This document shows positions 29,068 to 36,924 of a stretch of 64,000 nucleotides of DNA, piece after piece; positions within the stretch are counted from its first letter, which is position 1, and every line of letters begins with the position of its first letter. The notes under the pieces were generated by a model. That model saw nothing but the letters and a program-made list of their open reading frames with translations, was not told the origin of the DNA and did not search any database. Source of the stretch: Planctomycetota bacterium (GTDB lineage: Bacteria; Planctomycetota; UBA8108; SXIK01); the NCBI GenBank assembly GCA_965223845.1, contig CBDCXR010000004.1:4288001-4352000 (forward strand), written 5' to 3'. Made by a program: the position numbers and the translations under genes.

Positions 29068-29117
29068 TTGACCGATTCGCACCGCTCTGATTACTCTAAC
29101 TACGTTCTCTGTGCGAA
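29068..29117 (+). promoter_or_regulatory. Putative sigma70 promoter with overlapping inverted repeat for the nuclease gene
   Basis: TTGACC (29068-73), 18-nt spacer, TACTCT (29092-97). TTCGCAC (29076-82) and GTGCGAA (29111-17) bracket the -10. Confidence 0.45.
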
Positions 29118-29226
29118 GAAGTCAGCCGAATCGACGAGGTTCGGTGACGCTCCCAGTGTTCGGGGCTACCGCAAACCTCTGTGATTGGGCATCGCAGTGA
29201 TGTGGCGTCGGGAGAGTGATAATCAA

Positions 29227-31098
29227 ATGTCGAGTGACCACGTGCATGGATCCCCGGCGTCGTCGGGCAAGACTGACTCACAAGAAAAACCGGGGAGCTC
29301 CTCGGCGGGATCAGATAACCAAGAGAGTCCCGATTCTGAAGTAAGACGTGAGTCCCGCGACGAACGATCGCCCCCGACCTGTGACGACGAAGAAACGGCC
29401 ACACCCGATTCGGACGCGACAGCCGCAACGATATCCGACGCGGGATCGGAACGTTCCGACGAAGACAAAACCGGAGTTTCCTCATCACCGCGGCCGCGGA
29501 AACGAAAAAGGCGCAGCCGCGGGGATGCCGCAGAGATTCGCCTTCAAGGTCGTCGCGCGATGTGTAAGAGCATCGCGGAGATTGCCCCCCACATGTTGAA
29601 GACCGTAAAACTCCGCGTATTGGGGCGGTATTTGGAGTCCACAAGAGGACTCGATGATGCGGCCCTAACGGAGGTCCTCGTAAACGATGCTCAGAAAATT
29701 GCCCGAAAAGAGAGGCTGCTTGAGGCTTTGAACAAGCTCGATCCCGATGTCGATCGGAGGAATTTGAAGTCGATCATAATCTACGGCGTACTTCTGCAAG
29801 AAGAAGCCCACAGTCTGGATGAAAGACGTCTCGATCAAAAAGTCTTGGAATTCGAGAAGAACATCGTCACTCGTGCGAGATCACTCGATTTTTTTGACGA
29901 GAAAAAACACGATTCTGTTCGCTGCCACCACTACGACACTTATCGAATCGTTCTCGAAGCTGCGTGGCGCAGCGATGACGACATTTCGGCCGACGAGGCT
30001 GCGCTTCTCGCTGTGCTTCGCAATCGACTAAACATATCGCTCGAGGAGCACTGGCTGATAGGAGCATACTTGAAACGCTTCCCAAGGTCGAATTGCGCGT
30101 TACACACACCAGACGACGTAAACGAGGCGCGCAAAGAGTTGCAGAGAGAATCCATACTCTGGAGCTATCGCGACGAAAGCCATACCTTTGACGTGATTCC
30201 TCACGAAGTAGTCACCGTAATTCGGAGCTCTGTCGCTCGGCAGGAACTTCAACGTGTAAATTTTCGCCGCATGCTTAGCCATGATTTCGTTCTGCTAGCT
30301 GACTTGCGGACCATCCTCCAGAATCGCGGCATGGATCGGTATGGGAACAAGGACGTTTTAATCGAACGCGTGGCGAGTTCGGACATTCAGCCGAGCGAAG
30401 TCCTCTCCTCTCTCGACCGATCGAAACTCTCAGACATGTGTCGCCACGTCCGATTGAAGTCATCTGGAAACAAACCAGAATTGATCTCCAGATTGATTGA
30501 CTTCTACGACGACCTCTCGTTTGAGGAAAGAGAAACCAAGGACGCTAGAGAAGAGTGGTATCACGACTACGAACTTCTCGCCTCGCGGAGATATTCTGAC
30601 TTACGCGCTAAAAAACTGATCTCCAAGGATATCGAGATCGAACACAAGTTCGAACAAGCCACAAATTTTCTCTTCCAAGAAATACTTAACGTTAGGATAG
30701 ATGTTTCACGAAAAGTCACCAAAGCAGACGGAAGAATTCTCCTTGCGGGAAAGGATGTAATTCTTTGGGACTGCAAATCGTCCGAAGGACCGGTGAATCT
30801 TCAAGACTATCTGGAAAGTCAATTCGATTTTTACGTAAGGACAGAACGAGAGAAAGGTTTTCATCCTCTTGCATTTATCGTTATAGGGCCCACATTTTCT
30901 TCAGACTCGATCAGGCTCGCCCATCGCTACAAAGCTCGCACAAATTGTGATGTAGCACTTATCACTGCTGCAGCTCTCAAAGAACTATCAGAGCGATGGG
31001 AAGCTATGAACACCGACAAACCGTTCCCCGTACGACTCTTCAACCGCACTGAAGTTATCGAGGAAGAGCAGGTTACGTTCTTGCTTAGCTTGGCATGA
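29227..31098 (+). CDS. TerB-like + two SAP-like motifs + PD-(D/E)xK (Mrr/FokI-like) nuclease protein
   Basis: GGAGAG precedes ATG 29227. AAWRSDDDISADEAALL..LR.RLNIS (TerB-like); DLRTILQNRGM..GNKDVLIERV and KLSDMCRHVRLKSSGNKPELISRL (SAP-like); FEQATNFLF...ADG..(11)..WDCK (REase fold). AT-richer than flanks. Confidence 0.75.
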   Translation: MSSDHVHGSPASSGKTDSQEKPGSSSAGSDNQESPDSEVRRESRDERSPPTCDDEETATPDSDATAATISDAGSERSDEDKTGVSSSPRPRKRKRRSRGDAAEIRLQGRRAMCKSIAEIAPHMLKTVKLRVLGRYLESTRGLDDAALTEVLVNDAQKIARKERLLEALNKLDPDVDRRNLKSIIIYGVLLQEEAHSLDERRLDQKVLEFEKNIVTRARSLDFFDEKKHDSVRCHHYDTYRIVLEAAWRSDDDISADEAALLAVLRNRLNISLEEHWLIGAYLKRFPRSNCALHTPDDVNEARKELQRESILWSYRDESHTFDVIPHEVVTVIRSSVARQELQRVNFRRMLSHDFVLLADLRTILQNRGMDRYGNKDVLIERVASSDIQPSEVLSSLDRSKLSDMCRHVRLKSSGNKPELISRLIDFYDDLSFEERETKDAREEWYHDYELLASRRYSDLRAKKLISKDIEIEHKFEQATNFLFQEILNVRIDVSRKVTKADGRILLAGKDVILWDCKSSEGPVNLQDYLESQFDFYVRTEREKGFHPLAFIVIGPTFSSDSIRLAHRYKARTNCDVALITAAALKELSERWEAMNTDKPFPVRLFNRTEVIEEEQVTFLLSLA

Positions 31099-31180
31099 CG
31101 TCACGCGTTGCGGCGAGGCGGCGAGGTCCGAAGGAGCGGTACGATCTTGCGGACGCCGCGTGATTGAAGGAGATGATCGA

Positions 31181-31199
31181 TAGCCATCGTCGATGGCTA
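31181..31199. repeat. Perfect 9-bp inverted repeat with 1-nt centre
   Basis: TAGCCATCG-T-CGATGGCTA downstream of the nuclease gene. Confidence 0.7.
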
Positions 31200-31410
31200 C
31201 CAAGGTGAACCGCGCCGTTTTGGGAAGTGGGGCCGATTCGTCACCGACGAGAAGAACCGAGCGACCTGGGAAGGAAACGCCAACCGTTGCAAAAAAACCC
31301 TATCCGGGAATCGATTCTTGGCGACAGGGCCAGAGCTCGAGAGAGGCGGCAAGTAGAGTTCGACGATACAGCCTCCCTAGTCGGTGGCCGTCCCGGGTAT
31401 CATTCCCCGC

Positions 31411-31986
31411 ATGGACTCCAGCGAAGTGATCTCGGCCGTTCGCAGCGCGAAGCTCACCGTCGTCGACGACAACCCTCACTACCGGATCTTCGACTGCACC
31501 GTGAAGGAGTACCCGGCGTGGACGCTTCTCGTTCAGACGAGCGGCAAGCCGATCTCGCTCGGCCGTCCGACGCTACGTTACCTGAATACGGAGCGACTCC
31601 GTGAATTTGTGGAGGAGCAGGACATCTCGCACCTCGAGAACTCCCCGCTCGAAATCTACACGTTCCGTTGGGTCGCCGAACCGCAGGGCAAGATGATCTT
31701 CGACGTGGGGTGGGCGATCGATCCTAGCGTTGCGCGCGAAAAGGCCTCTCAAATCTCGTCGGCTGGATTCGTCCTGCGAGAAGAGAAGCCGCTCCGAGTC
31801 GCGAGCATCGCCTACGAGGGGCCGTTTCCTCACCAGCCGAAGAGCGGCTGGGGCGAGATTCAATGGGAGCGTCGCGCGAAAGAGAAAGGCCTTGTGTACT
31901 CGGGACTCTATCGCGAGCTCTACCACGCCTACGACTGGGCGGAGAACCGTCACGTCGTTGAGATTCAGATGCAGATCGACGGATGA
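31411..31986 (+). CDS. GyrI-like small-molecule-binding domain protein
   Basis: RVASIAYEGP, KGL..SG.YRELY and VVEIQMQI match the GyrI-like C-terminal half. ATG 31411 is inside ORF 31384..31986. Confidence 0.72.
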   Translation: MDSSEVISAVRSAKLTVVDDNPHYRIFDCTVKEYPAWTLLVQTSGKPISLGRPTLRYLNTERLREFVEEQDISHLENSPLEIYTFRWVAEPQGKMIFDVGWAIDPSVAREKASQISSAGFVLREEKPLRVASIAYEGPFPHQPKSGWGEIQWERRAKEKGLVYSGLYRELYHAYDWAENRHVVEIQMQIDG

Positions 31987-32540
31987 AACAGAAACTCGTC
32001 TTCGTTCACCATACCCTGCAGTACGGATACCCGTTGGCAGAGACGTACGCGAAGTTCCTCGACCCGCCCGTGGGGCGATTTCGTACCGTCGAGCGTTTCC
32101 CGCTCGTCGTCCCCTTTGAAGCGAAGTGCTACAACGAGGACTGCGGCTTCGAGCACCGCGTCTGCGGGCTCCTCAATATCGCGGGGGAAGGACATCGCGT
32201 CGAAGGTGACCTCTTCGAGGTGAACGCGGACCAACTCCGCCGGCTCGATCGCGAGGAAGAGTACGACCCGAAGGGGCCGCCCGAGTTTCAGGGGAGCATT
32301 CGGCGCACGATTCTCGTCGAGCCCTTAGCTGGTGGTGACGCCATCGAAGCCGAGGCGCACTTCAATGAGAGCGCGACCGAGTCGTATCTCAGTCTCGTCG
32401 AGAGCGATCTCGCCGAGATGGTTCCTTGCTACACGCGCGAGATGGCGGCGCAGACGCCGAAGCAGTGCTGCGTCGAGAACCCCGGCCACGACGGACCCCA
32501 CACGGTGAGCGAGGCGTACGGCTGCGACGGGGGCGAGTGA
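31983..32540 (+). CDS. Gamma-glutamyl(amine)cyclotransferase (GGCT/AIG2-like) protein with extra Cys/His clusters
   Basis: LVFVHHTL (cf. VFVYGTL), RTVERFPLVV, GEGHRVEGDLFEV and LRRLDREE. ATGA overlap with the GyrI-like gene. Confidence 0.75.
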   Translation: MKQKLVFVHHTLQYGYPLAETYAKFLDPPVGRFRTVERFPLVVPFEAKCYNEDCGFEHRVCGLLNIAGEGHRVEGDLFEVNADQLRRLDREEEYDPKGPPEFQGSIRRTILVEPLAGGDAIEAEAHFNESATESYLSLVESDLAEMVPCYTREMAAQTPKQCCVENPGHDGPHTVSEAYGCDGGE

Positions 32541-32614
32541 CGTTCCGTCCCCGGCCGAGGTGTACCACCTCTTCTGAAGACGGTCGTGAGTTGCTCCGGG
32601 GTAGTTGACTCGGG

Positions 32615-33913
32615 CTAGACCGGAAGCTCCAGTCGCTGCCCCGATCTGACGGCCTTGTACGCAGTGATGACCGTCGCGCTGTTGACGAGCCCGTTCCGCG
32701 CGGTCGAGATCGTGTCGACATCGCGGCCTCCGACGCAGTCCAGAAAGGCGATGAGCTCGTCGCGGGTATCGTCCGACTCGGTGTCGATCTCGAACGGCTT
32801 ACCGCGGTGTGCCCACGGGTCGTTTGCCATCTTGAGCGTCTTGCCGGACGTGATCACATCGGCGTCGTGACGAACACGACCGTCCTTGCTCCACCCAGGA
32901 TCATCGACACCGGTCTCGCGGTAGAAGAGGCCTTTCTTTTGCGTGAGGAAAAGCGTGCCCTTCGTCCCGAGGATGAGCTCCGAAGCCCCTTCGTAGGCGT
33001 TGTTTTGAATCGAGGACCAAGTGACACGCACCCTGTACGGCTCGGACGAGGACGCCGGAGACAAGTTCCTTTCGCCCGCCTCGGGAGGCAGCTCGTACTC
33101 CCACGTACAGAACAAGTTGTCTTCGACTTCGCGGCCATCGCGCCACCAATCGATTCCACCGGTTCCCTGAACTCGCGTGGGGGCCGCTCCCAACAGCCAA
33201 GTAGCGACGTCGAGCTGATGGCTCGCCAACTCGGTGAGGAGTCCGCGGGAGGACGACCGATAGAGCCTCCAGTTGAGGCGCCGCTCGAGGCCCGGCCAGT
33301 CGGAATGGTCCCGCCCGACGGGAACGGGACGTCTCCAGTCGTTGTTTCGGTGCCACTGGCACTTGATCGCTGCGATTCGTCCGAGAAATCCGGACTCGAT
33401 CATCGCCTTCGCCTGACGGTAGATCGCGTTGGCTCTCCTCTGCAGCCCGACTTGGAACACCGAACCGTTCTTCTCGACCGACCGGACGATCTCCTCGGCT
33501 TCTTCCACCGAGTAGCACATCGTCTTCTCGCAGAAGACATCGCACCCCGCGTCGATCGCCGCGAGACACATCTCCGCGTGGCGGTGAAGCGGCGTCGCAA
33601 CGACGACCGCCTGCGGACGCGCCTCGCGGAGCATCTGGTCGAAGCTCGAGTACGCTTTCGCTTTCGCGCCGGCGTACTTGACTCCACGCTCGAGGTGCGG
33701 AGCGTAGTCGTCGCACACCGCTACGATGCGCGCGGAATCGATGGTCGTCAGTTTCCGGATGAGATCGGATCCACGCGCTCCGGCTCCGACGACCGCGATG
33801 CGCACGCGATCCGGAATCGGCGTCGGCGCGCCGTGGAGCGCGGTTCCGGCGACGACTCCCCCGGCCGCTTCGGCGAGAAAGCGTCGGCGTCCAAGCCTTC
33901 GTTGCTCACTCAT
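32615..33913 (-). CDS. Tat-exported Gfo/Idh/MocA family oxidoreductase
   Basis: GRRRFL signal; VVGAGARG, ATPLHRH, CEKTM, NWRLYR..S.GLLTELASHQLD. Confidence 0.92.
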   Translation of the reverse strand: MSEQRRLGRRRFLAEAAGGVVAGTALHGAPTPIPDRVRIAVVGAGARGSDLIRKLTTIDSARIVAVCDDYAPHLERGVKYAGAKAKAYSSFDQMLREARPQAVVVATPLHRHAEMCLAAIDAGCDVFCEKTMCYSVEEAEEIVRSVEKNGSVFQVGLQRRANAIYRQAKAMIESGFLGRIAAIKCQWHRNNDWRRPVPVGRDHSDWPGLERRLNWRLYRSSSRGLLTELASHQLDVATWLLGAAPTRVQGTGGIDWWRDGREVEDNLFCTWEYELPPEAGERNLSPASSSEPYRVRVTWSSIQNNAYEGASELILGTKGTLFLTQKKGLFYRETGVDDPGWSKDGRVRHDADVITSGKTLKMANDPWAHRGKPFEIDTESDDTRDELIAFLDCVGGRDVDTISTARNGLVNSATVITAYKAVRSGQRLELPV

Positions 33914-34742
33914 CGCGCACGAGCCACTCCGTAGTGACGCCTGCGTCGGTGCGTTCGATCCAGCACACACTCGATGTTGTCATCGCTCGATCGCGCAGGT
34001 GACGCGTCGCCCGCTCCCTCCCCATCGCCACGAACGCGGTCGAGCTGACTTCCGCTTCGAGGGCCGTGGACGCCAAGACCGCGCAGGTCGCACCTCCGCC
34101 CGACGACACCGAGAAACCCCGGTCTTCCAGGGGGAGCTCGAGCAGGTGGTCTCGATTTCCGTCCGCGAACGGATTTCGAATGCGAACCTTCCACGCCCTG
34201 CCGTCGGCCCGGCGGCCGATTCCAAACACGGAGCTCGTCCCGCCGCTCAGAAGTGCATTCTCGATGCCGAAACCGCGGACGATCTCCCGCGCTCGATCGA
34301 CGGCGTATCCCTTTCCGTATCCGCCGAGATCGAGGGCCACACTCGGCCGCCGAAACCGTACCGTGCGTGCCGATGCGTCGAGGTCGACTTCCTCCGCGAA
34401 TCTCGCGCCTCGGTACTCTTCGAGCTCACCCACAGTCCGAAGGACATCGAAGAAACCATCGGTGGAATCGAACCATCGCCGGCAGTCGTCGAGGATCTCG
34501 AACACCTCGACGTCCACGAGCGTCGCTCCTCGCGGGGCCTCTCGATTGATGCGCGAGATCTCCGAGGTGGGCTCGAAGAACGAAAGCGTGTCCTCGAGCC
34601 GAAGAATCTCGGTGGCTGCGGACGTGCCCACCGAACGGAGGTGCTCGGGATCATCGCCGACGAGAACGAGCTCGAATTCCGTCGCCATCGCCGGCTGGCG
34701 ACAGATCACGGTCGCGACGTCGCGCGCGAGGAGCTCATCCAT
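33906..34742 (-). CDS. apbE: FAD:protein FMN transferase (ApbE family), shortened
   Basis: AMATEF, SEISRIN, TDGFFD, LDLGGYGKGYAVD, W.V.IRNP and AEVSSTAFVAMG. ATG 34742 overlaps the upstream stop. Confidence 0.8.
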   Translation of the reverse strand: MDELLARDVATVICRQPAMATEFELVLVGDDPEHLRSVGTSAATEILRLEDTLSFFEPTSEISRINREAPRGATLVDVEVFEILDDCRRWFDSTDGFFDVLRTVGELEEYRGARFAEEVDLDASARTVRFRRPSVALDLGGYGKGYAVDRAREIVRGFGIENALLSGGTSSVFGIGRRADGRAWKVRIRNPFADGNRDHLLELPLEDRGFSVSSGGGATCAVLASTALEAEVSSTAFVAMGRERATRHLRDRAMTTSSVCWIERTDAGVTTEWLVRDE

Positions 34743-36729
34743 AGCATCGAACTTCGTAGATGCGAGCCGTGTCGGATCCGTTTGTCGCCGAGGCCGCGAT
34801 CCGAACGGACTTCGCCGCGATGGGAGCGAAATCGTGCCGCCGGAGACGCTGGTGATTCCCGGACACTTTCGCGACCTCGACGGTGTCCCCGTCCGCCCTC
34901 GTGACGACAATCGAGTAGTCGCGAACTGTTTCAGGCTGCGGCGCACGAATCATGTGCTGATTGTGGCCGTCACCAGCCGTGAGCGTGAGCTCGCGGTGAA
35001 AACCCGAGTCGAGAGTCAACTGAACGTGGCGGAGAGTTTTCGGCTCGTCCCACGTCAACTCGACCCACGCGCCGTCGCCTTCCATCGGACCGATCCAGCG
35101 ATGGTTCACTTCGCCGTACATGTTGCGCACCCGACCGTCGAGGACGTTCTCCGGCTTCGCGGTCTTCCACACGCCCGACGCGCTAGCCTTCGCCGAGCGC
35201 GCGATGTCCTTCGGGTCCTCGTTCCGCAGGTTCTTGATCGATTGGTCGTCACGGAGGAGCGTCTGCTGGAGCTCGTTCAGCTTCGGCTTGTCCCGGTAGA
35301 GCGCGCGAGGCGTGAGATTGTACTTGGTGCACAGAGCGGCGGCCGTCCCGACGGCCTGTCCCATGCAGGCGCAGGTAGCCATCACCCGCGTAGAAGTGAA
35401 AGCTACGTGACTGCAGCTGGCGTTTCGGCCCGCCATGAAAAGGTTCGAAACGTCTTTCGAGTAGAGCGCCCTCAGAGGGATGTTGTAGACCTCGGGTAAC
35501 GTGGTCGACACGAAGGGACGCTTGTCGGTGTCGTCGAAGCCTCCGGGAGGATGTTCGTCGAGCCCCCAGCCGCCGATCGATACGGCATCCTCGAAATCTC
35601 CGTTCAGGCCCATGAGATCCTGTTGAGTCAGGATCACGTCGCCCTCGATGCGTCGGCTTTCGCGCTTTCCGGGCATCATCCCGACCCAGTCCATCGCCCA
35701 GTTCTCGGCGCTCGGAAACTTGCCGCTGTTTTTGATGTAGTCCCAAACCCCCGTGACGATCGCGAGGAGCTCGAAACGAATGCGTTCGTTGTCCCGGATC
35801 GTATCTGTGATGCCCCCCCACTCGATCCACCAGAAACCGTACTCCCACGAGTGAATCCCCCTGTAGCGCAAGTGCTTTTTCTCGATCTTGCGCGCCCACT
35901 TCGGGGCGGTGTACGGCATCGGCTTTCCGAAGTCGCGCGCCGTGAAGAGGATGCTCGAGCCGAGCGTTTCCCGACTCGGCTTATCCCATGCGAGAGGCTC
36001 GTTAAACTCAGCGCGCGATTCGTGCCCCCAACGAACGGTCGCTCCCGCTTCGACAGCGAGTCGGCTGTCTCCCGTGCAATCGGCGAAGAACCGGCTCGTG
36101 ACGCGGTAGATGTGTTCCGTCTTGTCGCAGCGAGCGAGCGTGCGAACGATCTTTCCGTCCTTTACCTCGGCGGCGTAGCACGTCGTGTCGAGGAGGAGCG
36201 TACAGTTCGGCTCGCTGATGATCTTGTCGTAGAGGAGAAGGTCCCAGAGCTCCCACGAACGCTGCGGATTGTTCGCCGCATCGTCGAGTCGGAGCTCCTC
36301 GAGGATGCCACCCTCGCGCCATCCGGGCCGGCCGCGGTGCATGTTCGCGCCGACGATGTGCATCTTGACCTCACTCGACGAGTTCCCGCCGAGACGAGAA
36401 CGGTCTTGAGCCAGGATGACCTTCGCACCGTGACGCGCGGCCGCCAGCGCGGCGCAGACACCGGAAGGCCCGCCGCCCGCGATGAAGAGGTCGCACTCGA
36501 GGTCGACGAGCGTCATGTTCGGCTCACCCTCGAATCGGCGTGCCGCCGCCTTCGGATCGGGCGGAGCGATGCTCTCGAAAGAGTCGCGAATCTCGGGGAC
36601 CGTCCGCTCCGCGGCGTCGGCCTGCGTGGAGCCCCCACCCAGGACGAAGAGAGAGTAGGTGGAGAGGCCGGCTGCGCCGGCGAGGAACTCACGCCGCGAG
36701 GATCGATCGGAACGGTTCGAATCGGGCAC
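34735..36729 (-). CDS. Tat-exported FAD-dependent oxidoreductase with C-terminal F5/8-like domain
   Basis: SRREFL signal; IAGGGPSGVCAALAAAR, LGGNSSSE, DCTGD, GKRESRR and AGRNASCSHVAFTSTRVM. AAGGAG upstream. Confidence 0.9.
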   Translation of the reverse strand: MPDSNRSDRSSRREFLAGAAGLSTYSLFVLGGGSTQADAAERTVPEIRDSFESIAPPDPKAAARRFEGEPNMTLVDLECDLFIAGGGPSGVCAALAAARHGAKVILAQDRSRLGGNSSSEVKMHIVGANMHRGRPGWREGGILEELRLDDAANNPQRSWELWDLLLYDKIISEPNCTLLLDTTCYAAEVKDGKIVRTLARCDKTEHIYRVTSRFFADCTGDSRLAVEAGATVRWGHESRAEFNEPLAWDKPSRETLGSSILFTARDFGKPMPYTAPKWARKIEKKHLRYRGIHSWEYGFWWIEWGGITDTIRDNERIRFELLAIVTGVWDYIKNSGKFPSAENWAMDWVGMMPGKRESRRIEGDVILTQQDLMGLNGDFEDAVSIGGWGLDEHPPGGFDDTDKRPFVSTTLPEVYNIPLRALYSKDVSNLFMAGRNASCSHVAFTSTRVMATCACMGQAVGTAAALCTKYNLTPRALYRDKPKLNELQQTLLRDDQSIKNLRNEDPKDIARSAKASASGVWKTAKPENVLDGRVRNMYGEVNHRWIGPMEGDGAWVELTWDEPKTLRHVQLTLDSGFHRELTLTAGDGHNQHMIRAPQPETVRDYSIVVTRADGDTVEVAKVSGNHQRLRRHDFAPIAAKSVRIAASATNGSDTARIYEVRCYG

Positions 36730-36924
36730 TGAGGAGGTCTCCTTAAAGGACGAGGCGTGTCACGATCCTGCCAGTATACTTCCGCCCCCGAAGACAGGCG
36801 AGCTGAGTGGGACGCTTTAGCGAGCGTTCGCTCGTTCGCGCCCGAGTGCCCTCGGAGAGAGCGCCCTCGAGGATGGTCTGGCGATCGAGAGTCTTCCCAG
36901 CGAATCCGGCGCGAGAGCTGCGAT

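Noticed and set aside
29227-31098. Classical type II restriction-modification system
   Set aside because: No DNA methyltransferase motifs (FxGxG, DPPY/NPPY, PCQ) in neighbouring ORFs.
28887-31163. Hairpins flanking the nuclease gene as integron attC sites
   Set aside because: No properly oriented RYYYAAC...GTTRRRY boxes close either hairpin, and no intI gene is in the window.
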